Shown: piece after piece, positions 1-11,138 of the stretch | How positions within the stretch are numbered: the first letter of the stretch is position 1 | How the letters are laid out: the number at the start of each line of letters is the position of its first letter | Origin: a virus | Direction: 5' to 3' (one strand) | DNA length: 64,000 nt | Virus record (IMG/VR): IMGVR_UViG_3300035670_000038 | Location: 67,303 to 131,302 of that record | The notes under the pieces: generated by a model | The model's database searches: none | The model's input: only the letters and a program-made list of their open reading frames with translations | What the model was told of the DNA's origin: nothing | Program-made: the position numbers and the translations under genes

Positions 1-435
1 AGTACGATATAATGGTGTTGTAAAAACTGCCGATGGTATCCGTAGACTTTCTAAAATGGCATTTCAACCATTTAAAAACGAAGCGAAGATGAAAGGTACA
101 GAAGGAAATACACGACCAGACCAAGCACAGAATGGATTTACAATTCCTGCTACAATAGAAGAAACAGCAAACGGTAACCCTTGTACACAATAATATATGG
201 AAATCAGAGAACCAGTTTTAAAACGATTACCACCTGGAGATAGATGGGTGGAAATCAAAGGTGACCAACAACGAGTATATCCGTCACTCACCGCGGCATT
301 GGAATATATGTTCCAAAAGACCAGATGTAAACAATATTTCTTTGACGCAGGAGAAGGTCGAGTATATATTGTGAAGCAGGAAGCAGACCCAGAACCAGAA
401 ATTCAAACATTTAGTATATACGGTGACATGTAATT

Positions 436-1101
436 ATGAAAGTAAAATTGGTTTCGTACACAACTCCCTCCATCGATGAACTTGGTGAAGATGGTGACAT
501 CCTTGACTTAATTGCCTATTGTGCAAGAGTCAGTAATCCAAGTAATCAACTCAATACAGAAACATCAGAAAAATTGATTAATTATCTTATCAAATGGAAG
601 CATTGGTCCCCATTTGAGATGGCAAACGTCACTCTTGAAATAGAAACAACACGAGATATTGCTCGTCAGATTCTCCGCCATCGGTCATTCACTTTCCAAG
701 AGTTCAGTCAACGATACGCTGATCCTGTGAAAGAATTGACATTTGAGACACGAGAAGCACGACTTCAAGACCAAAAGAATCGTCAGAACTCTATTCAGAC
801 TGATGATGAACTTTTACAAGACGTTTGGACGTTTATGCAGAAGAAGGTAATTGAGGAAGCCAAACTAGCATATAGTTGGGCAATTGAGAATGGTATCGCC
901 AAGGAAGTCGCAAGAGCAGTCTTACCAGAAGGTCTTACAATGTCCCGTATGTATGTCAATGGAACTATTCGTAGTTGGATTCATTATATTGAAATCCGTA
1001 GTCACGAAGCTACCCAAAAGGAACATCGTGAAATTGCAGTGGCATGTGCAGAGGTAATTGGTAAACTTTTCCCACTAATTAACAACTTCACACATAAATG
1101 A
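436..1101 (+). CDS. thyX: FAD-dependent thymidylate synthase ThyX
   Basis: ThyX motifs HWSPFE, RHRSFTFQEFSQRY, ARAVLP, TQKEHR. Confidence 0.96.
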   Translation: MKVKLVSYTTPSIDELGEDGDILDLIAYCARVSNPSNQLNTETSEKLINYLIKWKHWSPFEMANVTLEIETTRDIARQILRHRSFTFQEFSQRYADPVKELTFETREARLQDQKNRQNSIQTDDELLQDVWTFMQKKVIEEAKLAYSWAIENGIAKEVARAVLPEGLTMSRMYVNGTIRSWIHYIEIRSHEATQKEHREIAVACAEVIGKLFPLINNFTHK

Positions 1102-1222
1102 TAACCTTTTTCAGACAAATCTTTGGATGGTTGTTTTTAACCACACTTATGTTTTTTGTTGTAAGTGTGTTTACAATATCCATCGGTGTTGCTTGGTTGT
1201 GGGAACATACCGTAGGTAAATT

Positions 1223-1891
1223 ATGGCAGCTAAACGGGTAGGAACTACTAATAGAGGTAGAAAGGCGAAACCGATACTAAAGTCTGCTATTGAAGAAGCA
1301 CAAAGACACACGAATAGTAATCGGCAGGCAGCGATTTGGTTGGGGGTAAGTTATCCCACCTACAAACGATATGCCAAAATATATGGTATTTTTGACCGAC
1401 ACGCCAATCCATTAGGGTTGGGGACAACCAAAGGATTTGGTAAAAGACCAAGTACCATATCTTTACGAGACATCTTCGCTAACAAACATCCAGAATATAG
1501 TATGATACGATTAAAGTATCGTATGGTAGCTCGTAATATGTTGGACGAGAAATGTGGTGTTTGTGGATTTAACGAACGACGAATTACTGACAATAAGACT
1601 CCCTTGATGTTGACATTTAAGAACCAGATAGGGGATTTCACCAGAGACAACCTTCGCCTTTTGTGCTACAACTGTATGTTCCTCACGACAGGTGCCCCTT
1701 GGGTAGCACACCAGAAGCAAATCGTAAATAGCCTCACCAATCCAAATGCCAAACCCAGAAGAGATGACGAACCTCGTTATATGGACGCACTAGATGTAGC
1801 CGAGGACACAGAAATAGAACAAACCGTAGAAGAAAAGCGGGATGATATTCGTGACCTTCAAGCTGAAATACTTCGTGAATTGGGGAGATAG
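1223..1891 (+). CDS. HTH plus degenerate HNH/zinc-finger phage protein
   Basis: N-terminal HTH-like segment (SNRQAAIWLGVSYPTYKRYA); CGVCG...NLRLLCYNC resembles an HNH-like Zn finger without the catalytic His. Confidence 0.5.
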   Translation: MAAKRVGTTNRGRKAKPILKSAIEEAQRHTNSNRQAAIWLGVSYPTYKRYAKIYGIFDRHANPLGLGTTKGFGKRPSTISLRDIFANKHPEYSMIRLKYRMVARNMLDEKCGVCGFNERRITDNKTPLMLTFKNQIGDFTRDNLRLLCYNCMFLTTGAPWVAHQKQIVNSLTNPNAKPRRDDEPRYMDALDVAEDTEIEQTVEEKRDDIRDLQAEILRELGR

Positions 1892-2130
1892 CGTTTAATT
1901 TTTGACTTCACTATTTATAGTACCCTTTCACAATTAAACTTGGAGAATCACGATGTCCGAAAACGAAATGTTACGGGAAATCGTGGAAGAAATCTCTCCT
2001 CGCCAAGTCTTTCATCAGGATACCAAGAGGCAAGACCTCCGTGAATGGAATATCCAGATGTATTACGAAGCGATGGGAATGGATTTCCTACACGATACTG
2101 ACTACGTAGAAGAACAACAATAAGGTATTT

Positions 2131-3159
2131 ATGGCAAAATATACAATCTATTTACCACTGGGGCAATCCCAGTCTTTTCCTGTTGGAACTATATTTGAAA
2201 AACATATGTATGTCACCGATGTGTTGGCATACGAACTCAAAAAAGAATTGTATTTAATGGGACACAAGGTGGATATAGCATATGTTCCTATTAATTCTTT
2301 GGATGGTAAACGATTGTGTATAGACGAGTTAGGAATTGATATCACAAACAACATTCCTATATCAAGTAGTTTATGGATGTTAATAGCAAATAGAGATACA
2401 AACAAGTTTTCCGTAATTGATTTACAAGATGGACCAGGCACTACCTTCCTTTTACAGCAACATCACAATTTTGTAATATCTTTGGTAGGGCAATTTCGTT
2501 TAGAAAGATACTATGAAGAAAATAAAGATTTAAATCTATCCAAGCTCATTCCATTTAATTATTTCGCATACTATCCAAACTTGGTGGATTCGTTGGTTGA
2601 AGAAATACAAGACATACGCTCCAGTTCCACATTGGATGATAGGGTATTTTTCTTAGGGAATAATAGAGAAGATTACGTTCATCGTGGGCGTAGAATTCGT
2701 GAGGTTATATCTTCATTGGAATATTTTTATCCAGACGAAGTACGGGTTGGTAGTTTTGAGAAAAAATTACCACCGGAAGAATTCTGGAAAGAAGCTGCAA
2801 AACACACTATAAGTTTAGGATTACCAGGTCATCAATGGTGTTCACGTGAGCATGAATTGTGGACTTTCGGATTACCTGTGATGTTATACGAACATACACA
2901 TCATATGGGTATAGAACTTATACCGAATTATCACTATGTAGCTGTTCCTGTTGGTGAACGATTATCTATCGGTATGGCAGACAATCCAGAGGAAGCTGCC
3001 CATCAAATTATGAAAACACACCGTGAATGGATTACACCAGAAAATCGGTGGAGGCTTGACAATATAGCAAAAAATGGTCAAATTAGAATGGCAAAGCAAG
3101 CTTCACCAAAAGCATGCATTCCAAAAATGATTGAACTTTTACAATTGGGTTACTGGTAA
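2131..3159 (+). CDS. putative glycosyltransferase-like protein (GT-B C-terminal-like)
   Basis: SLGLPG..CSREHE...GLP and LIPNYHYV resemble phage exostosin/GT90-like C-terminal motifs. Confidence 0.4.
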   Translation: MAKYTIYLPLGQSQSFPVGTIFEKHMYVTDVLAYELKKELYLMGHKVDIAYVPINSLDGKRLCIDELGIDITNNIPISSSLWMLIANRDTNKFSVIDLQDGPGTTFLLQQHHNFVISLVGQFRLERYYEENKDLNLSKLIPFNYFAYYPNLVDSLVEEIQDIRSSSTLDDRVFFLGNNREDYVHRGRRIREVISSLEYFYPDEVRVGSFEKKLPPEEFWKEAAKHTISLGLPGHQWCSREHELWTFGLPVMLYEHTHHMGIELIPNYHYVAVPVGERLSIGMADNPEEAAHQIMKTHREWITPENRWRLDNIAKNGQIRMAKQASPKACIPKMIELLQLGYW

Positions 3160-3160
3160 T

Positions 3161-4057
3161 ATGCAAATTATTAAATTAGAAACACCACGTAATAACTTTA
3201 CGAATATCACATTTAAAAATCCAGCAGACGAACAACGATATTCCACGTTGATGTCAAATATTACCGGTGCATTTCTTCAAATAGAATATCTTTCTGTGAT
3301 TGAAGGAACTCGTGATGCTCATCTGATGTTTATCCGTCCAAATGAAGTAGAGCAACGTAAGGAAGAATTCAAGAAGTATGGGTTGGAAGTTATTCTACTC
3401 AATAAAGAAATGGATGATATGAGTGGTGGATATGGAAATCATTCTGCTGATTGGGATGGTAGTGGAAATTATACGTGGCGTGCTATCATCACCAGACCAC
3501 AATTTATCAACACGTGGAAAGAAATCTGGGAAGCACGAGAAAAGAAAGATGTGTTTCTTGGTGAATACTTGATTGGTAGAGCACTTGGTTATCCCGATTG
3601 TTGTTCGAAGCATTTCACCGAAGTCTGGATGCGTCGAGGTGGTGTTGATACTACGTGGCAGCAGGCAGCATGTACTGTGGCTGGAACACTTGATTATGTA
3701 GAAGCAGAAAAAACAATGGGTGATTGTAATGCAATAGAACTCCCACGCGACACACAAATTTGGGGAAGTAATCTTATCCGTTGGGCTGGGTTGAAATTCG
3801 TGACACATCTTCCGTGTTCGTTCAATTGTGTGGAAACCCGTAGAATCGCTATGGAAAATATTGCTATAGCGACAAAATATGGATTCTCTTACGAATATCA
3901 GAAATTATATGAAATGTTAGATTGGGAAACTACGTGGACGGCAGAATTCGGTGTAGCCACGATTGATACTCCAATATTCACAATTCAGACAGTTACGGAT
4001 ATTACGGCAGTTCCTTATAAAGTAATTAAAAAAGGTCATAATAATTGTATATTATAA
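3161..4057 (+). CDS. hypothetical Cys-motif protein (DUF483-like motifs)
   Basis: Long ORF with LGYPDCC and HLPCSFNC motifs. Confidence 0.4.
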   Translation: MQIIKLETPRNNFTNITFKNPADEQRYSTLMSNITGAFLQIEYLSVIEGTRDAHLMFIRPNEVEQRKEEFKKYGLEVILLNKEMDDMSGGYGNHSADWDGSGNYTWRAIITRPQFINTWKEIWEAREKKDVFLGEYLIGRALGYPDCCSKHFTEVWMRRGGVDTTWQQAACTVAGTLDYVEAEKTMGDCNAIELPRDTQIWGSNLIRWAGLKFVTHLPCSFNCVETRRIAMENIAIATKYGFSYEYQKLYEMLDWETTWTAEFGVATIDTPIFTIQTVTDITAVPYKVIKKGHNNCIL

Positions 4058-4074
4058 TATAATATATTATTATG

Positions 4075-4130
4075 ATTCTTAATGAAATCTTAATGTACGG
4101 GGACTTGTCTAAAGCAGGTTCCCGTATTAT
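4075..4130 (+). promoter_or_regulatory. 56-bp repeated promoter/hairpin element, copy 1
   Basis: Matches 11813-11868 except for 2 nt in the hairpin loop. Contains TCTTAATG x2, a 12-bp hairpin, TTGTCT (-35) and TATCTT (-10). Confidence 0.8.
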
Positions 4131-4161
4131 CTTTATAGTATAACCTCAACGAAAGGAAACT

Positions 4162-6423
4162 ATGCCGAGATACATTGACACCTACGAGCAAGAGACTCTT
4201 TCTACTCTGAACACCCGCACTGGTGTAAAGAAGAAGGACACTAACTATAGCTCGTACTGGTTGGATTTCGATGATGACCGATTTGGTTCATTCCACGATA
4301 GTGAGGCGTTTGCATCGTCCGACCCAGAGCGGATTATCAAGTTGGCGTCCGTTCGTCGAGCTATCGCTAATTTCGTCCGTATCTTGACGAACAACGATAA
4401 GATTGAGGTGGCGTTCTCATCTGGTAAGGATTCCTATACCGATGGACAGAAGGTAGTCATTGCCGCAGAGGATGATTCGAAGTATTTCGATTCGATGGTG
4501 GGACTCGCTCTGCATGAGGGGTCGCACTGTCTCCTTTCCGATTTTAATATCGGGAAGCACTTCCTTGCGAAGAATACGTGGTGGCAGGCTGTGACGGCAT
4601 TTAGTCCTGACCTCCGTAGTGTGATGCACCACAACTACTCCGATGACCGTAGTGATAATGGGTATATGAAAACCCGTAGTCAGGTCGAGGCGTTCCAGAA
4701 GATTTTGGGTACGCTGATGAACATTATTGAGGACCGCCGTATTGATAGTTTCGTCTATCAGAACGCGGGTGGGTATCGTCCGTACTATGACGCGATGTAT
4801 AGTAAGTATTTCTTTAATGATGATGTGACCAAGAATATGAAGTATAATCCCGATTGGCGGAAGCCGACTGTGGAAAACTATCTGACTTGGCTCATCCATA
4901 TCTTCCATCCCGATTTTGACCGCAATGCTCTTCCTGGTCTTTCGAAGATGGTGGATATGATTGACCTCCGAAACATTCGTCGGTTTGACTCCGACAAGCG
5001 GTTGCCGAATGATTATGCTAAGTGTGTAGTTTCTTCCCAGACTGCTCCGTGGACGGAGTATTATGCGAAGCATGGGACCAATCCGCATCAGTATTCTGAG
5101 TATAGTCGGTTTCCATATCTTCTTGATTACTCTTCTCTCCCGCAGTTGTGGCGAGTGGCGAACGATATTCTCTACACGATTATCCAGTATGTCGCCAACT
5201 ATGAGCAGGAGATGAAGCCGGAGAAGGGGGAGGGGGCCAAGACTATTCAGATTGATATGAATGGTGTTGGTTTCGATGTGGATGCTAATACGCTCCCCAA
5301 CCTTGACCTAAATCAATCTACTATGACCTCTACTCCGAAGAAGTTTAATCCGAAAAAGGCGGAGGCGTGGAAGAAGAAGATTGAGCAGGTAATGAAGGGT
5401 GAAAATCGTCGAAAGAAGCTGAAGAATAATGAGAAGCAGGATATTCAGAATCTTGAAAATGCAGATGCTCAGTTGGTCGAGGCTGGTGATAATATCGTCG
5501 GGAAGTTCCCGTGTATGGTGACGCGGAAGCTGACCAAGCAGATTATGGAGTCCAGCGTGTTTCCGTTCACCTCGACGACCTGGGAGCAGAAGAACAATAC
5601 ATATTCTCTACGGAAGGATAAGAAGGCAGAAGAGGCTGTGGTGGCTGGTGTTCGTATGGGGCAGATTCTCGCCCATCGTCTGGCGGTTCGTAATGACCCG
5701 CAGATTACGCACTTCACTCGTCAAGAGCACGGGAAGATTGACCGCCGTATCCTATCGCAGTTGGGGATGGATATTGAGAATGTATTTAAGCGGACTACTG
5801 TGGATAACTACAAGCCCGTTATGATTCATCTTTCTCTTGACGCTTCGGGTTCGATGGGTGGTAATAAGTGGTATAAGACGATGACTGTGGCTACGGCGTT
5901 GGCGTATGTGGCGAGTAAGATTAACAACGTCGAAGTGGTGATTACCATTCGTGGTGACCAGCAGATTCCGATTGTCGCGGTCATCTACGATAGTCGTAAA
6001 GACAACTTCCAGAAGGCACGGTCGTTGTTCCCGTATATCTCCCCGACTGGTTCGACTCCTGAGGGATTGTGTTTCTCCGCTACTCTTGACCTTATCACGG
6101 AATGTTCTGGTGAGTATGATGTATATTTCATCAACTTCTCCGATGGTGAACCTGGGACTTCGGTTCGTCGTGGAAATGATTACAAGTCATATAGTGGGAC
6201 TCAGGCGTATGACCACACTCGTCGGCAGGTCAAGGCGATGAAGGAAGCTGGGGTGAAGGTGTTGTCGTACTTCATTTCAGATTACGAAGTGGAACGTATT
6301 CAGTATCACTCCGCGTACTCTCCTTTCAAGAAGATGTATGGTGAAGATGCGGTGTTCGTCAACGTGAAGAACGTAACTGAGGTTCTTCGCACTCTCAATA
6401 AACTCCTAATTAAAAAGGTGTAA
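4162..6423 (+). CDS. vWA-domain protein with N-terminal HExxH metallopeptidase-like domain (CobT-like MoxR partner)
   Basis: ALHEGSH, NIIEDRRID, GKIDRR, MIDAS motif LDASGSMG, TPEG, FSDGEP. Confidence 0.85.
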   Translation: MPRYIDTYEQETLSTLNTRTGVKKKDTNYSSYWLDFDDDRFGSFHDSEAFASSDPERIIKLASVRRAIANFVRILTNNDKIEVAFSSGKDSYTDGQKVVIAAEDDSKYFDSMVGLALHEGSHCLLSDFNIGKHFLAKNTWWQAVTAFSPDLRSVMHHNYSDDRSDNGYMKTRSQVEAFQKILGTLMNIIEDRRIDSFVYQNAGGYRPYYDAMYSKYFFNDDVTKNMKYNPDWRKPTVENYLTWLIHIFHPDFDRNALPGLSKMVDMIDLRNIRRFDSDKRLPNDYAKCVVSSQTAPWTEYYAKHGTNPHQYSEYSRFPYLLDYSSLPQLWRVANDILYTIIQYVANYEQEMKPEKGEGAKTIQIDMNGVGFDVDANTLPNLDLNQSTMTSTPKKFNPKKAEAWKKKIEQVMKGENRRKKLKNNEKQDIQNLENADAQLVEAGDNIVGKFPCMVTRKLTKQIMESSVFPFTSTTWEQKNNTYSLRKDKKAEEAVVAGVRMGQILAHRLAVRNDPQITHFTRQEHGKIDRRILSQLGMDIENVFKRTTVDNYKPVMIHLSLDASGSMGGNKWYKTMTVATALAYVASKINNVEVVITIRGDQQIPIVAVIYDSRKDNFQKARSLFPYISPTGSTPEGLCFSATLDLITECSGEYDVYFINFSDGEPGTSVRRGNDYKSYSGTQAYDHTRRQVKAMKEAGVKVLSYFISDYEVERIQYHSAYSPFKKMYGEDAVFVNVKNVTEVLRTLNKLLIKKV

Positions 6424-6424
6424 A

Positions 6425-7255
6425 ATGAAAAAGATTATAATGGTTTTTTCACTTCTCACGATGGTCGCTTGTAAGGAAGTGGTTTATCTTACTGGCCCAA
6501 CCGTCACCAAGACAGATACACTTGTAGTTTCTGGTGGACTGCAAAATGTGAATATTCGTATTGATTGGGCAAAGTTCAATAAGACGAATATTAGTAAACT
6601 CACTAGTGAACTTATGGCAAATGCGGTATCCGATAGTGGTTTGAGGATTACGCATGTTGGAGCACGTCTTGTGTATCCCAACAACAATGCTTCCTTCTCA
6701 CAGTCTGCCGCTCGTGACACTACCAATACTCGTTTAATTACGATGCAGGTTCCTCCTACCGACACCGCACATCTGTATGTTCTCGCGGTCTTTGATTCTG
6801 GGAGTGTTCGTAAGGCACTTAAAATGGGTGTAAAGCGTAATATTAGTATTCCTGCAAACGGGTCGGTTCTCTTTACTCTGGATTCGTTGACGTTACTGGA
6901 TACTGAGTGGACTATTGATTCTATTGCGGACAGTACCCTTCGTATGGTCAACGATACGATTCGTGTGACTTTATCAGATACACTCAGTACTGGAAATGTT
7001 CGAGTTCGTGTAACTGACCCTTATCAGATTGGTACGCAGTTTATCGCATATTCTAATCGTATCGTGAAGTTTTATGGGTCTGGATTTGAGTATGGTAATA
7101 CCGATGGCTGGCGAAAGTTTGGTATTGTAACAAACAATCGTGACACCGCAACGTCTACAGATACATTCTGGCCTTACATTGATGGTGTATTCTTTAATCT
7201 AAATGGTGAATATCTTGTCGGTAAGAAAGGTATTATTAAAACTACTTGGCAATAA
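6425..7255 (+). CDS. putative lipoprotein
   Basis: Signal peptide with lipobox MVAC. Confidence 0.55.
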   Translation: MKKIIMVFSLLTMVACKEVVYLTGPTVTKTDTLVVSGGLQNVNIRIDWAKFNKTNISKLTSELMANAVSDSGLRITHVGARLVYPNNNASFSQSAARDTTNTRLITMQVPPTDTAHLYVLAVFDSGSVRKALKMGVKRNISIPANGSVLFTLDSLTLLDTEWTIDSIADSTLRMVNDTIRVTLSDTLSTGNVRVRVTDPYQIGTQFIAYSNRIVKFYGSGFEYGNTDGWRKFGIVTNNRDTATSTDTFWPYIDGVFFNLNGEYLVGKKGIIKTTWQ

Positions 7256-8625
7256 TGAAAGATATACGGCGTGGATTACCTTCTGTTGGTAAACTGATAG
7301 AGAAACAGGTAATTCGTGATATGATGATGTCCTCTCCGCGTTCATTAGTTATGGACGCGGTTAGGGCTGCCGTTGATGATGTACGATTGAATCCCGATAT
7401 GATTCCCGACACGGATGAAAGTTGGGGAAATCTTGTACAAAAATATCTTGATAAGATGATGACTCGTTCACTTCGCACTGTCATCAATGCTACTGGTGTC
7501 ATCGTACATACTAACTTAGGTAGAGCACCACTTGCAATACCAGCAATCAATGCAATACGAGACATCGCATATGATTTCTCTAATCTGGAATATGATATTG
7601 AGAATGGTGTTCGAGGTTCACGACATACACATTGTGCCAAACTCTTATGTAAACTAACAGGTGCAGAAGATGCCATCGTGGTAAACAACTGTGCCGCAGC
7701 ACTGGTACTCACTCTCAATACCTTATCACAGAATAAAGAAGCAATCATATCCAGAGGAGAACTGGTGGAGATTGGTGGTAGTTTCCGTGTTCCCGATATT
7801 ATGGCTCGGAGTAATGCACAATTGGTGGAAGTCGGAACCACGAATAGAACACATCTCAAAGATTATGAAAATGCTATTACACCAAATACAGGTGCAATCT
7901 TATCGGTGCATAGAAGTAACTTTGTACAAAAAGGATTTGTATCATCTGTTCTTCCCGATGAACTGGTGTTATTATCGGAGAAATATAATATCCCACTCAT
8001 TCACGATTTCGGTAGTGGATTGATGGTTGACCTATCAGAATGGGGATTGTATGGTGAACCAACGGCAACAGATGCAGTCCGTGATGGTGCATCGGTGGTG
8101 ATGATGAGTGGAGATAAATTATTAGGTGGACCCCAGGCAGGTATTATTTTGGGGAAGAAATCTATAATTAAAATGTTAAAGGAAAATCCATTGGCACGGG
8201 CATTTCGTGTAGATAAACTAACTCTCGCAGCATTGGAAGCAACATTAGAATTGTATTATGATAAAGATATAGCAGTGAATGAAATACCAGTTCTCAGAAT
8301 GATTACGATGTCTCCTTACGAATTACATACCCGTGCTGCTAACATAGTTGACAAACTGGTAGAGATGGGTTATAATGTAAATGTGGTTGATTCGGAGGCT
8401 ACGATTGGTGGGGGAGCATTTCCTGACTCTAAAATAGACTCTATCGCAATTAGTATAAATGACATAAATCCAAATGAGGTAGATAAGAAGCTACGAGCAC
8501 TTGGAACACCTATTGTTGGTCGTATAGTAGATAATACATTATTATTAGATATGCGAACAGTTCCAGCAATATACGATGATATATTATACAGTAGTTTAAC
8601 CGAAGTATTAACCCTTGACAAATAA
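7246..8625 (+). CDS. selA: L-seryl-tRNA(Sec) selenium transferase (selenocysteine synthase)
   Basis: INATGVIVHTNLGRAPL, VNNCAAAL, ISRGELVEIGGSFRVPDIM, EVGTTNRTH, PLP-lysine motif SGDKLLGGPQAG, RAFRVDK; full length (459 aa). The start may be the ATG at 7255. Confidence 0.97.
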   Translation: MAIMKDIRRGLPSVGKLIEKQVIRDMMMSSPRSLVMDAVRAAVDDVRLNPDMIPDTDESWGNLVQKYLDKMMTRSLRTVINATGVIVHTNLGRAPLAIPAINAIRDIAYDFSNLEYDIENGVRGSRHTHCAKLLCKLTGAEDAIVVNNCAAALVLTLNTLSQNKEAIISRGELVEIGGSFRVPDIMARSNAQLVEVGTTNRTHLKDYENAITPNTGAILSVHRSNFVQKGFVSSVLPDELVLLSEKYNIPLIHDFGSGLMVDLSEWGLYGEPTATDAVRDGASVVMMSGDKLLGGPQAGIILGKKSIIKMLKENPLARAFRVDKLTLAALEATLELYYDKDIAVNEIPVLRMITMSPYELHTRAANIVDKLVEMGYNVNVVDSEATIGGGAFPDSKIDSIAISINDINPNEVDKKLRALGTPIVGRIVDNTLLLDMRTVPAIYDDILYSSLTEVLTLDK

Positions 8626-9047
8626 CTTATGAACGATTATATTCTATATCTAAGCTTGATGGTGATTGGTGGAGCAATCTGGAATATTAGAAATTATGTT
8701 AAGTATCTGGAAACTAAGAACGCAATACTACTTCAAATGCTAATGGAGAATGGTTATGACGCTGACTTGGCCCTACGGACCAGAAACGCTGACTCAACAT
8801 CTGAATAGATTTTCCAAGTATCTCCACCGCAAAAGAAAGTTTGATATTCCTAATCTGTCTGTGATGACTTATAATATGTACCTTCACTACAAGACGGAAA
8901 CTGGTGTACACATTGAACTGTATGAAGATTTGGCTCGTCCGTTAAAGAATAAAGTTCACTTATGGAGCTTAGGACAATTGCAAGATGTAGCGCAATTCCT
9001 AGCTAACAAGATACAAGTTCATCTTGGCGTGACAGCCGAACAATAAG

Positions 9048-9071
9048 AAACCCACCATTCGGTGGGTTTTT
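9048..9071. terminator. bidirectional intrinsic terminator
   Basis: AAACCCACC-ATTC-GGTGGGTTTTTT between convergent genes. Confidence 0.85.
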
Positions 9072-9076
9072 TATTA

Positions 9077-9697
9077 TTACTTAATTGGTAATCCAGTTAA
9101 TCGTCGTACACTATCCAACGGCACCTTGTGCATCTCAAATGATTTACTACGTTCTGGAACATTTGGAAACACATACGATTCTACTTGGTCCTTGTAACGG
9201 AGTACTTTCCAGCAGTGCGTTGGAACAGCAACTCTCTTGATTCGTGATACTTCACCCACACATCCCGCTTGAACAAATACAGAATCATTTTCTACAGCAA
9301 GAACACGAGTCCACTCTTCCAAGTTCTTCCACTGCCCACGATTAAGTCCTGGATATTGTGGTGCCATATTTGTGAAATAGAAACTTTCTGCCATATGAAC
9401 GTCATTACAACGTGCGTCTGCTGCTGGGGAAATGTGTCCTCTGTCAAATCCAGACTTTACATAATCTTCGTCAATATCACTTTCCTTACGAACTTGTGGG
9501 TCTGGAAGAAATTTATCGGTTCTCTTTGCGGGGGTCTTACATTCTAATTCACCACGGGTCGTTCCCCATTCTACTAAGATAGGATAGTGCAGTGACTTAG
9601 AAAACACAGAGATATAATTCTTATGAACGACACGAATTGTATCTTGTGCAGTCAAAGGTGAAACAAATAATACCAACAATAATAAAATCTTTTTCAT
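9077..9697 (-). CDS. secreted DNA/RNA non-specific endonuclease (NucA/EndoG family)
   Basis: Signal peptide MKKILLLL; FDRGHISPAAD, NMAPQYPGLNRGQWKNLE, VPTHCWK. Confidence 0.92.
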   Translation of the reverse strand: MKKILLLLVLFVSPLTAQDTIRVVHKNYISVFSKSLHYPILVEWGTTRGELECKTPAKRTDKFLPDPQVRKESDIDEDYVKSGFDRGHISPAADARCNDVHMAESFYFTNMAPQYPGLNRGQWKNLEEWTRVLAVENDSVFVQAGCVGEVSRIKRVAVPTHCWKVLRYKDQVESYVFPNVPERSKSFEMHKVPLDSVRRLTGLPIK

Positions 9698-9767
9698 ACT
9701 GTCTCCAAAAAGGTCATTCATAAATAGTTTCCTCACTATTTATAGATTGGATATTTCCGGAGGATTC

Positions 9768-11135
9768 ATGTCTCAGTATAAACTGGATATAATACCAAGT
9801 CAACTCTCTGATGCATTGGTAAACATCAACCAACATGGTAAAGATGGTTGGGAGTTCATACACTTATATAATAATATGGGTGTGTTTAAAGCAGCAGCCG
9901 CAGGGTCGATAACCAGCGGTTCTTTGAACCCAACCGCGGACGCATTTGGTCGTAATCGTGTATCCGAACAATTCACACTAGGTGACTACAAACATATCTA
10001 TGGAAATATTGCGGATACCTTCATCAATAAGTTAACTGGTGACGGAGATGTTTCATATAATATAAACGAGGCATCGGTTACCTTATCTGCTACCAATAGT
10101 GGAAGTTCTGCAATTCACCAAACCAAAATGTATCATCATTATATGCCTGGCAAGAGTCAGTTCATTCTTTCCAGTTTTGTGTTTGGTGCACCAGTAAATG
10201 GATCCACAAAACGTACTGGATACTTTGATGACCATAACGGTATCTTCCTCGAACAAGATGCTACGGGAAGTTTACAATTTGTTATCCGTTCCGCAACTAA
10301 CGGTACTGGGTCTATCGTAGAAAATAGAGTCAAACAAGAAAATTGGAATGTCAATACATTGTCAAGTGGTGATTTTACTCTTGATGTCACTAAATCCGCA
10401 TTACTATATATTGATTTCCAATGGTTAGCGGTTGGTCGTGTTCGTATGGGATTTATTCATAAGGGCATTGGAGTTATTTGTCACGTATTTGACCACACGA
10501 ATTTGACCGATGTGGCATATATGCAAAACCCAAATCTTCCAGTTCGATGTGAAATTATAAATTCTACAACTGTCGCATCGTCGATGGATCAAATTTGTTC
10601 TACGGTAGTGAGTGAAGGTGGATATAACGAAGCGGGTCGTGCGTTCTCTATTTCCAATGACAGTTTCCGCTCACTTACGAGTGGGTCAACTTTACCAATC
10701 CTCGCAATCAGATTAAAAAATTCTGTGAATGGGCTACCAAATCGTGCATTCGTTCGTTTACAAGAAGCAAGTGTATTCACTGACCAACAAAGTATTCGAT
10801 TCCTATTAAGTAAGTTACCTAGTGGGTCAATGTTAACCACAGCAAGTGCATGGGTGTCGGTGAATAACAATAATTCTTTGGTAGAATACAATACAAGTGC
10901 TACTGGATACACCGATGGAACTGTGTTACTCTCTGGATTCGTTGGGGCAAATTCTTTAAACCCAACACAAGCAAATCCACTAAGTACTACTAGAGGTGGA
11001 GTAGATAATAAGCAAAACTTCATTACACAAAATTATGATAGTACAGATAGTGAAATATATGTGTTAATTGCAAAGAACATGACCGCTAGTACAACAAATG
11101 TTGGTGGATCGTTATTGTGGTCAGAAATTTATTAA
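9768..11135 (+). CDS. probable virion structural protein (beta-rich, lectin-like)
   Basis: Ser/Thr/Gly-rich; DAFGRNRVS, YMPGKSQ, IDFQWLAVGRVRMG motifs typical of phage structural proteins. Confidence 0.55.
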   Translation: MSQYKLDIIPSQLSDALVNINQHGKDGWEFIHLYNNMGVFKAAAAGSITSGSLNPTADAFGRNRVSEQFTLGDYKHIYGNIADTFINKLTGDGDVSYNINEASVTLSATNSGSSAIHQTKMYHHYMPGKSQFILSSFVFGAPVNGSTKRTGYFDDHNGIFLEQDATGSLQFVIRSATNGTGSIVENRVKQENWNVNTLSSGDFTLDVTKSALLYIDFQWLAVGRVRMGFIHKGIGVICHVFDHTNLTDVAYMQNPNLPVRCEIINSTTVASSMDQICSTVVSEGGYNEAGRAFSISNDSFRSLTSGSTLPILAIRLKNSVNGLPNRAFVRLQEASVFTDQQSIRFLLSKLPSGSMLTTASAWVSVNNNNSLVEYNTSATGYTDGTVLLSGFVGANSLNPTQANPLSTTRGGVDNKQNFITQNYDSTDSEIYVLIAKNMTASTTNVGGSLLWSEIY

Positions 11136-11138
11136 CAT